This document shows positions 18,127 through 30,342 of a stretch of DNA of 64,000 nucleotides, piece after piece. The stretch is from Bdellovibrionales bacterium. GTDB lineage: Bacteria; Bdellovibrionota; Bdellovibrionia; Bdellovibrionales; UBA1609. Every line of letters starts with the position of its first letter. The stretch's first letter is position 1. The notes under the pieces were generated by a model that saw only the letters and a list, made by a program, of their open reading frames with translations, was not told where the DNA came from and did not search any database. A program made the translations under genes and the position numbers. The stretch is taken from positions 1,120,001 through 1,184,000 of the forward strand of contig OZ241329.1 of the NCBI GenBank assembly GCA_965199825.1. The letters are read 5' to 3'.

Positions 18127-18789
18127 CTAGCGTGTAGGAGCGAGCGACACAGAATTTGTAGAATAAGCCTTTGCCACTTTCTTAACACTCTTCACATAGG
18201 TATTTAAAAATTTAGGGTCATCTGCGTAAAGGGTTGGAACTGAATCACCATTTACTCTCAACTTTTCTAAAAACTGGTCATACTTTGTTAACTTCGTGGT
18301 GAGTGACTGATCTACATCCATATATGTGAAGGTTGATAAAAAAAGTGAAGCAAGCAGGTTTGGAATATAAGGTACACCGACAGCTCGGCCAACCATAACC
18401 AGAAGCATAAAGGTCTGTGTTTGGCTGGTCACATAAGTGACATAAGATCCCTCGAGAAAGGAACGCCACCAGCCTCGTGACAAACGTTTATGAAGGTCGG
18501 CAGCGACCGAATTTTTAAAAGCTTGGTGTTCCAATTCGGAAGCGAAAGTGATGCTTGCGGTAATTGCCTCACATTTAAGATCGCCATTGTTGATTTCACC
18601 ACTGAAAGCTTGCCCAATTTTTTGTGGTTCGTCAGAAGGCACCACGCAGACTTCAAACTTTGATGTTCCACCTTGTGCAGTCTCAACCAACACCTGCTGG
18701 GTTGTGAAACTCACTATGTAGGGTGTACGAACGATGTCGCTTTGGAATGCAAAGCTCTGAGCGAAAAATAACAAATTCATCAAAATCAT
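18127..18789 (-). CDS. Secreted paralogue family member 1
   Basis: MILMNLLFFAQSFAF signal; RTPY, FEVC, CEAIT; hydrophobic central segments; GAGGA RBS. Confidence 0.75.
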   Translation of the reverse strand: MILMNLLFFAQSFAFQSDIVRTPYIVSFTTQQVLVETAQGGTSKFEVCVVPSDEPQKIGQAFSGEINNGDLKCEAITASITFASELEHQAFKNSVAADLHKRLSRGWWRSFLEGSYVTYVTSQTQTFMLLVMVGRAVGVPYIPNLLASLFLSTFTYMDVDQSLTTKLTKYDQFLEKLRVNGDSVPTLYADDPKFLNTYVKSVKKVAKAYSTNSVSLAPTR

Positions 18790-18934
18790 AAATCCTCTTT
18801 TCTTAGTGCGATCGCTACCATGGTTAACGATCAAAAAAAAGCTCATGGCAAAGAAACCTTAGGCTTTTATAAACAATCAGATAGCACTAAATAAGATTTA
18901 CATGACATGCTACCGCATTCTGAAGTCCAAAAAA

Positions 18935-19579
18935 TTAATGGGCTATCGAAGGACCAGCAAATCGAGACACAGCTGTTTTTGAAACTTTTTGGACAATATC
19001 TTGATAGAGGTCGAAGAGATCAAAATCATCGGTATATAAAGTCACAGGTTGGCCGCCGTTCGATTTAATCATTTTCAAAAGCTGGATATATTTAAGAGCT
19101 CGCATGACAGGTGGAGGTGTAGTTACACCATAGAGAACACCTCCTACAGCGCCTGTGCCCAATTGCCAAAGCAAGGGCAATCCAGCTCGCGATGTGACGT
19201 AAGTGATGATAACGGCTGTCCCCACAGCACTCGAAATAAATTTATACGAATCGACAATCAAACTTGTCCATCTTCCACGAGATAAACGTTTGGTGAGTTC
19301 AGCCGATATCAACTTTCGAAAAGAATAATAATCAAAGTCAGATTTAAAACCTATGTCTTGAGTGATCGCTCGGCACAAGAGAGCTGGATCGTTGAGTTGT
19401 GCCCCAATTAAGATTGGATCAGCATCAGCAATTGGGCAGACCTCAAAGCGTGAGTTTCCGTTTTGTTCGGTTTCTACGAGTGCTTGTCCCAATGTTAAAT
19501 CAACAATGTAGGCCGTGCGAACCATCGCGCTTTGAAATCCGAAACTTTGGGCGACGAAAAGCAGTTTTAGTAAAATCAT
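18935..19579 (-). CDS. Secreted paralogue family member 2
   Basis: MILLKLLFVAQSFGF; RTAY, FEVC, CRAIT. Confidence 0.75.
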   Translation of the reverse strand: MILLKLLFVAQSFGFQSAMVRTAYIVDLTLGQALVETEQNGNSRFEVCPIADADPILIGAQLNDPALLCRAITQDIGFKSDFDYYSFRKLISAELTKRLSRGRWTSLIVDSYKFISSAVGTAVIITYVTSRAGLPLLWQLGTGAVGGVLYGVTTPPPVMRALKYIQLLKMIKSNGGQPVTLYTDDFDLFDLYQDIVQKVSKTAVSRFAGPSIAH

Positions 19580-19606
19580 AGTTCCTCGAAACAAAAATCA
19601 AATAGT

Positions 19607-20263
19607 TTAATGAAGAAATCCCGTGGGCACGCTCTCGAAATTTGGTGTCATGGACTGAGCTGCGGTTTCGTAAAGTTTCATCAATTTTGAATCATCAGCA
19701 AAGATAACCACAGGTTGATTCGCCAATTTTTTGATATTGATTTTCGCCTGTTTCAATTTGTTATCTCTCAAATCAAGAAGCCTGAAAGATTCATTGAGGC
19801 CTAAGTAGGCAATAGATAAAAAAGCAACTCCCGCAACCATTCCAGGTAATACAAAACCGGCGTATCCTCTAAAAAAGGAGTAGGCAGCTGATGCAGAAAA
19901 GAATGATCCAGGAACAAACGCAAGCGTAACGAACGTATCCTTAAGAATATCCCTATTGTTCATTACCTCAAGATGTCGAAGGAATTTTTCGGAAAATTGT
20001 TTTCGTATCGCCTGAAGTTCACCCTCCGAAGAAAAGCGGATCTCGTTGGTGATTGAGCGACAGGAAAGATCTGATCGATTTATGTTTTCAAGAGGAGTAT
20101 GGATATAGGAAGGCAATTTGCAAATTTCAAATCGTAGTCCATTTGTATTTACATTTTCGACAAAAGTTTCGCCAGTCAGAGAATTGACGATATAGGGCGT
20201 CCTCTGAACCGATGTTTCAAATCCAAAACTTTGGGCTAAAAAAACCAAATTTAATAAAATCAT
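19607..20263 (-). CDS. Secreted paralogue family member 3
   Basis: MILLNLVFLAQSFGF; RTPY, FEIC, CRSIT. Confidence 0.75.
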   Translation of the reverse strand: MILLNLVFLAQSFGFETSVQRTPYIVNSLTGETFVENVNTNGLRFEICKLPSYIHTPLENINRSDLSCRSITNEIRFSSEGELQAIRKQFSEKFLRHLEVMNNRDILKDTFVTLAFVPGSFFSASAAYSFFRGYAGFVLPGMVAGVAFLSIAYLGLNESFRLLDLRDNKLKQAKINIKKLANQPVVIFADDSKLMKLYETAAQSMTPNFESVPTGFLH

Positions 20264-20273
20264 AAGCTCTCTT

Positions 20274-20915
20274 TTAATTTTTACGAGGGGACAAAGTTGC
20301 CGCCCGTAAGTCTTGCGGGGTTACGTTCTTCACGGCTTTAACATAGACATCAATAAAACGAGGGACATCCGAAACAATCAGAGGAATTAGGCCTTCATTC
20401 AGCCCAACGGATCTGGTAAACTGATTATATTTAGTTATTCTATACAATGAATCGATAACATTTTTTGACACAACCGCAACCAAAGCACCCGAGCCGATAA
20501 TTAAGGATGGCCACACCGGGAGGCGACCTTTCTTTATCACAAATTCTAAAAGGGTGCCCGAGGCAAAAGCGCTAGAGTACAAGATATAGTTCTCGGCCAC
20601 TAAGTTCTTCCACCAACCTCGAGACATTTGTTTTTTTAGCTCGGTAGAGATTAAATATCTGTATGTCTGAAAGTCGGTTTCAGACTTCAATTCGAGGTCC
20701 GCAGTGATTGCTTCGCACGAGGTCAGGTTCTTGGTATCGACAGGAGAATCAAATTTGATTGTGACCATTTGACATTTTTCAAAGTGAATCGATCCTGCAT
20801 GGTTGACTTCAATTAAAGTTTCACCCGTCGTCGAATTGATAAAATAGGGCGTTCTCACCGCCTCAGATTCAAATGCAAAACTTTGGACCATAAACAATAA
20901 ATTCAATAGAATCAT
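20274..20915 (-). CDS. Secreted paralogue family member 4
   Basis: MILLNLLFMVQSFAF; RTPY, FEKC, CEAIT. Confidence 0.75.
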   Translation of the reverse strand: MILLNLLFMVQSFAFESEAVRTPYFINSTTGETLIEVNHAGSIHFEKCQMVTIKFDSPVDTKNLTSCEAITADLELKSETDFQTYRYLISTELKKQMSRGWWKNLVAENYILYSSAFASGTLLEFVIKKGRLPVWPSLIIGSGALVAVVSKNVIDSLYRITKYNQFTRSVGLNEGLIPLIVSDVPRFIDVYVKAVKNVTPQDLRAATLSPRKN

Positions 20916-20970
20916 AAAATCCTCTTTTAAAAAAATTTCGTACCATCGTTCACAATCAACAAAAAACTTT

Positions 20971-21636
20971 TTACCTTTTAGAAATCAGCTGATTCTTAAT
21001 GTATTCGCTCGTTGAGGTTTGAAGTGTATGTTCGTAAAGTCCAAAAAGGGCCTGCTTCTTGACCTGAATCCCAACACTCGGTTGTGTCCCGCTAGAAGAA
21101 CTCTCAGAGCTTCCATTTGTATTGTATTGATCGAATTCAGGATTCGAAAACAGTTGTTTGGCGCTGTAATAAGTCATGACACCTGCTCCAGCAATGGCAG
21201 AAAAAACTAACTCCATAGCGTCGTCCACAAATATCCACACCCATATGCTTGGATTTCTAGCAAGCGCGTAAACCGCTAGCCCACCCAGCGCCACTCCGCC
21301 CACCAACTTGTAGTAATTGATGTGGCCATAGGTTGCCTTGAGGCTTTCAAAATATTTTTTGTTTAAGTTAAATATAAAATCTCTGTGATTCGACTCAGAC
21401 TCAAATTTTAATTGGGGAGTTCTTACTTCACAAACGGTGGAGGCCTCGCTCAAAGATTGAACGGGGTCGGGCGATTTGACATCAAACTGACACATTTCAA
21501 ACATGTATGTGTCATCGCCTAAAGCGGTTTCGACGAAAGCAGATCCACTGCTCATGTTCATAATTAACGGGGTTCGATGAATTGTATTCTCGAACCCAAA
21601 ACTTTGAGCAAATAGGATTAGGTTTAACAGAATCAT
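20971..21636 (-). CDS. Secreted paralogue family member 5
   Basis: MILLNLILFAQSFGF; RTPL, FEMC, CEVRT. Confidence 0.75.
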   Translation of the reverse strand: MILLNLILFAQSFGFENTIHRTPLIMNMSSGSAFVETALGDDTYMFEMCQFDVKSPDPVQSLSEASTVCEVRTPQLKFESESNHRDFIFNLNKKYFESLKATYGHINYYKLVGGVALGGLAVYALARNPSIWVWIFVDDAMELVFSAIAGAGVMTYYSAKQLFSNPEFDQYNTNGSSESSSSGTQPSVGIQVKKQALFGLYEHTLQTSTSEYIKNQLISKR

Positions 21637-21682
21637 TTTTGACCTCTTTATTTAGGGATCACAGATACCCCAGGTCCAAAAC

Positions 21683-21718
21683 AAAAAAAAGCCCAAGGTA
21701 AAAATCACCTTGGGCTTT
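21683..21718 (-). terminator. Rho-independent terminator of groEL (overlaps direct repeat copy B)
   Basis: AAAGCCCAAGGT/ACCTTGGGCTTT stem with an A8 tract (U-tract on the minus strand). Confidence 0.8.
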
Positions 21719-21746
21719 CTATAATTCTGTAAAGGCTAAATGAGCT

Positions 21747-23390
<1,644 letters not shown>

Positions 23391-23406
23391 TCAATTCCTT
23401 GTTTGC

Positions 23407-23709
23407 TTAGTTAAAAACGCCGAGGATATCTTCCTCGCGCATCATTAGAAATTCGGTACCTTCAAATTTAAGTTCGGTTCCAGAGTATTTTCCGAAGAGA
23501 ACTTTATCGCCAACTTTAACTTCAAGAGGCATGGTTTTGCCGTCTTCAGTCACGCGACCTTTGCCGGTGGCTACGATTTCGCCTTTGATGGGTTTTTCTT
23601 TAGCAGAATCAGGAATAATAATCCCACCCGAAGTTTTGTCTTCCTCAGCCATGCGTCGCACCAAAATGCGGTCATGGAGCGGGCGTACGTTAACTTGTGC
23701 GCTAGCCAT
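23407..23709 (-). CDS. groES: Co-chaperonin GroES
   Basis: [22 protein letters not shown]. Confidence 0.99.
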   Translation of the reverse strand: MASAQVNVRPLHDRILVRRMAEEDKTSGGIIIPDSAKEKPIKGEIVATGKGRVTEDGKTMPLEVKVGDKVLFGKYSGTELKFEGTEFLMMREEDILGVFN

Positions 23710-23805
23710 TAATGAACCTCCTCATAATTGTTTTTTGATTTAAGATAAAAATCATTGTCAATATGGAGCGGTCCCAGTGGGAGTCAAGGAAAGGGCTAAA
23801 AAAAA

Positions 23806-24189
23806 TTAATGATTTGGAGAGATTGCACCCGAAAGCTCGTCGGCTTGGGGGTTTAAAAGAACATAGAGAAGCTCAGACGTCTCTTGCTTAGAAAGGCGTT
23901 TAACAAGGGCAGAAAGGGCTTGGGGTTGGTTTCGAAATTTGGCCAAATAGGCAGCCGAGTACTCAGCTAGGCTTAATTCTTTTGCTGACTGAAAAGTTTC
24001 ATTTGCGCGTTGCACTTCGAGCTCAATTTTTGGATCTACTTCTTTTTCTAGCGCAATTTTGTTGTTGAGCCTCACCACTTGGTTGCGCGCCTCGACCAAT
24101 TGCTGCTCCTTCCATGCCTTAAATGGCATGATCGAAGGCTCTTGAGCCAGGCAGAGGCTAATAAAAAGTGAAGCGAGGATCATAGCCAA
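23806..24189 (-). CDS. Secreted hypothetical helical protein
   Basis: Signal peptide; coiled-coil character. Confidence 0.6.
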   Translation of the reverse strand: MAMILASLFISLCLAQEPSIMPFKAWKEQQLVEARNQVVRLNNKIALEKEVDPKIELEVQRANETFQSAKELSLAEYSAAYLAKFRNQPQALSALVKRLSKQETSELLYVLLNPQADELSGAISPNH

Positions 24190-24281
24190 AAAGGCTTCAA
24201 GAGGTGTGCCCCAAATAAGTCTTAAGCTTTCTGCTAACTTGTATATTTTTTAGAGCGCAATTTTGGGCGCTTTTAAGGGTT

Positions 24282-24884
24282 TTAGATGCGTTTTTCGTCG
24301 TAGTTGGTCAAAACCTGAATCAAGATTCTAAATTCGCCTGAACAATTCAGTACGGAGTTTTTAGAAACTAAATTGCACGTAAGGTGACGAATAATTCCTA
24401 AGCTTTTCTGCTGCGCCCATAGTCGAACCTTTGGAAAACACTCTAACAACCGAAGCTGAAAATCTTGGTCAGCGAGCTCAACAACCCTTGAAGTCGACTC
24501 ATCAACAAATAGAGATTCAACAGCTGCGGGAACTTCGAAATCTTTATTTATGGTTTCGGTTTCAAAAATCACCGATCGTTTAAAACGAAATTGGATTTTA
24601 AGTTTTTCTTTTTGTTTTACTAAGTTCACCGTAAAAGGGGAGCTTGGCATGGGGCCGGTTGTTTGATATTTGCGAGTTTTAAGAGGAATCAGCTGTTCAC
24701 TCACCGCAGTTGTCATTTGGCCGCTTAAGTTAAATTGACCATAGATTTCGTCAAGATCGTGCGAATGCGAATCCTTGGCACTAAAATTTTGTGTAAAGCT
24801 GACCTTGATCTCGTCTTTGACCAATGTTTCGGCAGATGCAAACGCAGAAATAAAACCTAGAAATATAAACTTATTCATCAACAT
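24282..24884 (-). CDS. Secreted hypothetical protein
   Basis: Signal peptide MNKFIFLGFISAFASA. Confidence 0.6.
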   Translation of the reverse strand: MLMNKFIFLGFISAFASAETLVKDEIKVSFTQNFSAKDSHSHDLDEIYGQFNLSGQMTTAVSEQLIPLKTRKYQTTGPMPSSPFTVNLVKQKEKLKIQFRFKRSVIFETETINKDFEVPAAVESLFVDESTSRVVELADQDFQLRLLECFPKVRLWAQQKSLGIIRHLTCNLVSKNSVLNCSGEFRILIQVLTNYDEKRI

Positions 24885-25003
24885 TTTCCCTCACACATTA
24901 ACCCATTAAGAAATTAGGCCAGCTCAGAAAATTTACGGTCCAAGAATTAGAAAGACAAATTAATTCTGATTGCACAAGTTTTAGGTGCACGAGAGATTAG
25001 GCC

Positions 25004-26863
25004 ATGAAAAATTTTTTGATTCTTTTTGCATTGTGTTTTGAGGCGCAGGCTCGCCTCGCCAATCCCGATGAACTCGGGTCATGGACCGAGAGTTTGAGCA
25101 TCGATTACGATGTTAAAAAAGATGGGACCTCAACCATAATCGAAGAAATTCGGATCAAAATCGAAAATGAATCGGGGCGTGCCTCTCAAAGTGTTCAGAA
25201 CATTTTGTTTCGCCCTTTGAGTGAAAAGCTCGAGCTTGTTGAGGCTTATACCCAGATTAAAAACAAAAAAATTAATGTGGATAAACAAAACACATCTATC
25301 GAATCGGGGGGCAATAATAAACCGGGATTTGATGATCAAAACAAATTGATTGTGGCGTTTCCTCAAGTTGAAATTGGGTCGACCCTTGTGATGAAGATCC
25401 GGTTTAGTGAGTTTAATGTGGCCGAAAAAGATTTTTTTTCGATCTATGTCATTTTGAGCGATGCCTATCTTAAAAAACTCCATATTCATCTGACCTCGGA
25501 GCGGCCTTTGTTTACCCGACTTCGTGACCCCCACAAAGTGCTTCATCTTAAAACTAGCGTGAACGATGGGCGCTATGAGTTAGAGCTTTCGAATCGCACT
25601 CCTATCCAAAATGCGGTGATTGGTGAGGCGAATTCTTATCTGATCGATGAGTCGTTTCCGTCTCTCACCGTAAGTAGTAAAGAAAAGTGGGATTCATTCG
25701 CTCCACAAACCGAAAGTGCACTCCAAAAAATTGAAAACGAAGCTTTGCCCAAAGTTTTTGAACCTATTATTAAAGCGGCACAAAAAAAATCGGCGGTGGA
25801 CCAGGTGAATATTGCGACCGCTCAGCTTGCCGAGAGGATTCGCTACTTTGGAGATTGGCGTCGGGTGAGAGGCGATTATCTGCCGCGTTCGTTAAATGAA
25901 ATCGCAACTTCATCCTATGGCGACTGCAAAGATATCGCGCTCATTACCGAAAAGATTTTGCGCAGCTTAGGCTTTGAGGCCCATATGGTTTGGGTACTTC
26001 GAAGCCAAGACGTAGCTCCGCTTGAGTCTCAGTATCAACTTCCAGCATTCCAATTATTTAATCATGCGGTTGTAAGAGCTAAAAAAGACAATCAGGTTTT
26101 TTGGGTCGATGCGACCAATGTGATGAGTCTTGCGCCCTACACTCCGATCGATATCGCCGGTAGACCCGCTTACGTATTGTCGGAGCATCCCCATCTCGAG
26201 ATGATTCCCGAAATTTTAGAATCGAACTACAGCTCAACGAATGAAGCCCATATTTTTTCAAAGCCTCATCGTGCTGCCGAAATCAAAGGTCGATATGAGG
26301 CGTCGGGATTGGCGGCCGCGGTCAATTGGACCGATGTGATTAGCCATTCGACCGCTGAGGATGACTTTAATTTTATCGAAAGCTTTCAGTCCTCAGCCGT
26401 ACTTAAAGACTACCAGATTTCGGCGGTTAAAAATAAAAGTCGCATTATCCAAAAGTACAGTAGAAGTTATACCGCAAAATATGATGAGTTTTTTCATGAC
26501 TCCACCGCGGGCCGCGCTACCGAAATGACATTGCAACGTCCCTTTTCAAGCCTGTTCTCACTCAACACCAAAGATCGCTACAGTGATTTTGTTTTGGGTG
26601 CACCCACCGAGTACAAAAATAAAATAATCTTTCCGAATCAAAAGGTTTTGGGCGATCAACCGATGTCTTGCGCTATAAATTCAAAATGGTTTAGTTACTC
26701 ACAGCATATGGAAACGCAGCCACAAGATTTAAGTTTTTCAACCGAGTGGCAAATCCATCAAAGAGTCATTACCAGCGACGAGATGGTCACAAAAGATTTT
26801 TCTCGAGTTCAGGGCGAGCTGCGAGAGTGCTTGTCACGCCGAGGTTTAGTTTTCAAAAATTAG
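25004..26863 (+). CDS. DUF3857/transglutaminase-like domain protein
   Basis: Signal peptide; GDCKD, FNHAV, WVDAT triad motifs. Confidence 0.85.
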   Translation: MKNFLILFALCFEAQARLANPDELGSWTESLSIDYDVKKDGTSTIIEEIRIKIENESGRASQSVQNILFRPLSEKLELVEAYTQIKNKKINVDKQNTSIESGGNNKPGFDDQNKLIVAFPQVEIGSTLVMKIRFSEFNVAEKDFFSIYVILSDAYLKKLHIHLTSERPLFTRLRDPHKVLHLKTSVNDGRYELELSNRTPIQNAVIGEANSYLIDESFPSLTVSSKEKWDSFAPQTESALQKIENEALPKVFEPIIKAAQKKSAVDQVNIATAQLAERIRYFGDWRRVRGDYLPRSLNEIATSSYGDCKDIALITEKILRSLGFEAHMVWVLRSQDVAPLESQYQLPAFQLFNHAVVRAKKDNQVFWVDATNVMSLAPYTPIDIAGRPAYVLSEHPHLEMIPEILESNYSSTNEAHIFSKPHRAAEIKGRYEASGLAAAVNWTDVISHSTAEDDFNFIESFQSSAVLKDYQISAVKNKSRIIQKYSRSYTAKYDEFFHDSTAGRATEMTLQRPFSSLFSLNTKDRYSDFVLGAPTEYKNKIIFPNQKVLGDQPMSCAINSKWFSYSQHMETQPQDLSFSTEWQIHQRVITSDEMVTKDFSRVQGELRECLSRRGLVFKN

Positions 26864-27997
26864 ATTTTTATGGATCTCTTCGAGAGAATTTTGAAAGGTG
26901 ATGGTCCCATCTTTCTCGATCGTGCTAAATCGTTGGGGATATTTTTGAGTATGTAAAATCTGAGCCAATGACAGGCTCTGATAAGAATTGATATCGGTAA
27001 GAAGATCATGGTCAGCCCCTCGTACCAAGATAATTTGTGCCTGTGGACGGCTTGCTAAAATTTTGAGGTAGCGAAGATAAATTCGTCTTGGAATTACCGA
27101 ATCGCGTGTAGGAATAACCAACCGGATTTTTGAACTTGTCGAAATTTTTGGTAGAATCTCAAGGGCATCAATTGCTCGAATACCAAAATACAGTTTGGAT
27201 GCGCCATTACGCAAAAGCCGATCATTACTAAAGTGGGGAAATTTCATGAGGCCGGTTTCGAACAACTGGCTGTCATTGAACTCTCTCACCCAATTGGCCA
27301 AACCAAAGGACAAAGAATTAAATAAAGAATAAGAGCTGTCGACCGCGTCAACGAGTGTGGGAGCATAAAGCTTGTCCAGCGACATGGCCCCTGGTGCGAT
27401 CAGATCAAAACCAATTTCTCTTAAGCTTTCATCTTGAAGCATGAGGCTAGGCCCCAACCACGCACTATAAGAAAAAGTTGAGACCGCCTCAAGTTCGGGT
27501 CGTTGCGGCAGAGATGTATTTTGCCAAAACCGAGGTGTTCTCACAAAGTTTAGAAAATCTTTGGCAATTGCGAGTTGCGACTGCGCACTAATTTTAGGGA
27601 TCAGATGATTGGGGCCATTGTTTACGATTTCATTAATCCAAGTAGCGCCTTGCCCACGCAGTTCGACCACCACCACATGGACGTGTTCGCGACTCTGAAG
27701 GAGGAACTGAGAGTCTCGTGCGGTATTTTCGAGACTCGAATCGAGGCCCAAAAATTGAACAATAAATTTTGAACTTGGATGTCGTGCAGAATAAAGCTGG
27801 TAGCGGATTTCATGCGTGGGGTGTGAAGATGGAGTAAACCAAGATCCGGCTAACTGCTTTCGTCGCTCAAGCCATAAGGCGGGTGGAGTTGCCTCGCGAT
27901 AAACTCTTTCAAGATTAAAGCGCAGCTCGCGAGCACATTGGTCGGCATATGCGCCTAAACAAAAATTAAAAAGTAGAATAAGAACGCGGATCATCAC
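26846..27997 (-). CDS. Secreted alpha/beta-hydrolase-fold protein
   Basis: ELRGQG, FSYS elbow, DSVIP, ADHDL. Confidence 0.6.
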   Translation of the reverse strand: MMIRVLILLFNFCLGAYADQCARELRFNLERVYREATPPALWLERRKQLAGSWFTPSSHPTHEIRYQLYSARHPSSKFIVQFLGLDSSLENTARDSQFLLQSREHVHVVVVELRGQGATWINEIVNNGPNHLIPKISAQSQLAIAKDFLNFVRTPRFWQNTSLPQRPELEAVSTFSYSAWLGPSLMLQDESLREIGFDLIAPGAMSLDKLYAPTLVDAVDSSYSLFNSLSFGLANWVREFNDSQLFETGLMKFPHFSNDRLLRNGASKLYFGIRAIDALEILPKISTSSKIRLVIPTRDSVIPRRIYLRYLKILASRPQAQIILVRGADHDLLTDINSYQSLSLAQILHTQKYPQRFSTIEKDGTITFQNSLEEIHKNLIFEN

Positions 27998-28032
27998 TTG
28001 CCACCCCCCGGTGAAGTCGCTACATCATAGCA

Positions 28033-28425
28033 GTGATGGAATCTCATTCAAATAAGATGTTGCAAGAGTTGTCGAGTCTAATGCTTAAGATCCACAAGGA
28101 TCTGATGAATCTGCAGATGATCGAATATTCGCAGGCTCATGGTCCTGTGGTCTCGCCCAATCAAAAATTAAATTTGCTGTTGAATCACTCTGATTTTCAG
28201 TGGTTTAGACCTTTAAGCACTTTGATTTCGGTGATTGATGGACTGGTTTTTCAAAAAGAGCCGTTAACCCCAAAGCAAATCAGTGAGGCCGAGGATCAGA
28301 TTCGTGCCCTATTTTTTTCAAGCGAACTCAGCGAGTTTCAAAAACATTATAAGGCCGCGCTGCTTGATCATCCAGAGACAGTCCTTCTTCATCAAAAATT
28401 AAAATCGATTATGGAACTGCAGTGA
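28033..28425 (+). CDS. Hypothetical protein
   Basis: 130-aa ORF with FQWFRPLS; first gene of a coupled operon. Confidence 0.65.
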   Translation: MMESHSNKMLQELSSLMLKIHKDLMNLQMIEYSQAHGPVVSPNQKLNLLLNHSDFQWFRPLSTLISVIDGLVFQKEPLTPKQISEAEDQIRALFFSSELSEFQKHYKAALLDHPETVLLHQKLKSIMELQ

Positions 28426-29117
28426 TTATTTTTGTTTTTTTGTTTCGGTGCTTCGCACTTTGTTTTGCAATGGATCCCTTCGAAATTCAGGTGTACGATG
28501 GTAAGGTCAATGAGGTGCATGAGAACTCATTAGAAAATCATCTCAACAAGGGTGACGACGCCCATCTTACCTTTGAGTTTGCACATGGAATGACTCCTTA
28601 CTGGGAGTTAGGGGCTTATCTTCAAACCGCATTGAATGCCCAAAATCAGTACCGCTATGGTGGGGCCAAACTCAGAACAAAATTTGTGAATCCAACCGTT
28701 AAGCCTTGGCATCTTGGTGTCAATTTTGAAATTGCAAATATCCCAACTGAATTTGAAGAGGACCGCTGGGGCGGCGAGATGCGACCGATCATTGGTTATG
28801 AGTGGAAGCGTCTCCTCATTTTGGCCAATCCCATATTAGAGTTTGGTCGGGTCAATGGGCCGATTCGAACGCCTTCGTTTTCACCGGCTGTTAAAATTGG
28901 TTACGACACCCTCCAAGGCTACCGATTAGGTTTCGAATATTATGCGAGTTTTGAAGCCTTAAATGCCTTAAAAAGTTTGGATGAGTCCGAACAATATTTG
29001 TTTGGAGCCTATGACTTGTTAAATTCAAATTTAGAATTGAATGTTGCGGTGGGATTTGGGTTTGGTGCACCTAGCGTCAACTCGATCGTAAAAGTCATTT
29101 TTGGATTTCCGCTGTGA
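28422..29117 (+). CDS. Probable outer-membrane beta-barrel protein
   Basis: Signal peptide; amphipathic beta-strand pattern. Confidence 0.6.
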   Translation: MIIFVFLFRCFALCFAMDPFEIQVYDGKVNEVHENSLENHLNKGDDAHLTFEFAHGMTPYWELGAYLQTALNAQNQYRYGGAKLRTKFVNPTVKPWHLGVNFEIANIPTEFEEDRWGGEMRPIIGYEWKRLLILANPILEFGRVNGPIRTPSFSPAVKIGYDTLQGYRLGFEYYASFEALNALKSLDESEQYLFGAYDLLNSNLELNVAVGFGFGAPSVNSIVKVIFGFPL

Positions 29118-29929
29118 TGATTCCGGCATTATTTTGTTGCTCGGTGATCGCAGGATTTTTGGGAGCCTTGCTTGGCATTGGTGGCGGGATTTTGATCATC
29201 CCTTTTTTAACCCTTTTTCTTCATATCGATATTCGCTTTGCGATCGCGGCGAGTTTGATCTCGATTGTTGCAACCTCCTCTGGAGCTGCAGCAAGTTTTT
29301 TGCGCGACCATTTGACCAATCTTCGAGTGGCGGTGCTGCTCGAAGTCGGTACGGTGTTTGGGGCAATCACTGGCTATTTGATTTCTCATAAAATTGAGAG
29401 TCGATATCTGTTTTTATTATTTGGATTTTTTTTACTCTTTTCAGCGGCGATGATGCTCAAAAAACGCGAAGATTCTTTGGCGCATCAGGATCATCCTTGG
29501 TCCAAGGCGCTCAAACTTTCGGGCAGTTTTCCAAATGAAAAAGGTCAGATGGTGACCTATCCGGTAGACCATGTGCCACTCGGATTGATCTTAATGTATG
29601 TTGCCGGAATTTTATCTGCACTCTTAGGTATTGGGAGTGGAATTTTAAAAGTCTTGGCAATGGATAGTGCAATGAAGCTGCCGATGAAAGTGTCTTCAGC
29701 TACTTCCAACTTTATGATTGGGGTAACCGCAACCGCGAGCGCGGGAGCTTATTTTTTTGAAGGATCTGTGCGCCCACAAATCGCTGGGCCTGTGGCTTTG
29801 GGAATTATTGTGGGATCTTTTTTTGGTGCACAGCAAATGTTAAAAATAAAATCTAAAACGATTCGGATCCTTTTTATTGTGGTGCTGGTTATTGCTTCAA
29901 TCCAGATGATTCAAAAGGGATTAACTTGA
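29114..29929 (+). CDS. TauE/SafE family sulfite exporter
   Basis: GALLGIGGG, ALLGIGSG, ATSNFMIGVT. Confidence 0.9.
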   Translation: MMIPALFCCSVIAGFLGALLGIGGGILIIPFLTLFLHIDIRFAIAASLISIVATSSGAAASFLRDHLTNLRVAVLLEVGTVFGAITGYLISHKIESRYLFLLFGFFLLFSAAMMLKKREDSLAHQDHPWSKALKLSGSFPNEKGQMVTYPVDHVPLGLILMYVAGILSALLGIGSGILKVLAMDSAMKLPMKVSSATSNFMIGVTATASAGAYFFEGSVRPQIAGPVALGIIVGSFFGAQQMLKIKSKTIRILFIVVLVIASIQMIQKGLT

Positions 29930-30267
29930 AACTTGAATTGACGATTGCCAAAATTTTGCGGGTTGGTGTTTTAATTTCGGCGATATTATTAGCGGCAGGA
30001 CTCTTAGCTCAATTTAAATCCACAGACTTTAGCCTTTATCAAAATTATTCCGAAATGCCGCTGAAGACCGCGTTGGCGCAGGCGATCGATCAGCAACAGT
30101 GGGGGCTCTTGACGTCCTACGCAGGCCTTGCTGTGCTGATTTTACTTCCTTTACTTCGGGTGGGACTCACCATGATTGTTTTTGCGCTTCAGCGCGATTT
30201 TATATTGGCATTTATTTCGGCAATTGTTCTTACAGGCCTACTGATCAGTGTGCGCCTCGGATTTTAA
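29926..30267 (+). CDS. DUF1634-like membrane protein
   Basis: ILRVGV...LILLPLLRV; usual partner of TauE. Confidence 0.8.
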   Translation: MKLELTIAKILRVGVLISAILLAAGLLAQFKSTDFSLYQNYSEMPLKTALAQAIDQQQWGLLTSYAGLAVLILLPLLRVGLTMIVFALQRDFILAFISAIVLTGLLISVRLGF

Positions 30268-30342
30268 AAACCGTTTTTTAACTCGCAAAAGATTTGATTC
30301 ACTACTAAAACTTTATCTTCACAATAACTTTGGGGAGGTCTC

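Noticed and set aside
23710..23805. CIRCE element upstream of groES
   Set aside because: No TTAGCACTC-N9-GAGTGCTAA inverted repeat is visible.
28302..28309. Isolated TCGTGCCC (reverse complement of the array core)
   Set aside because: A single 8-mer in 64 kb is expected by chance.
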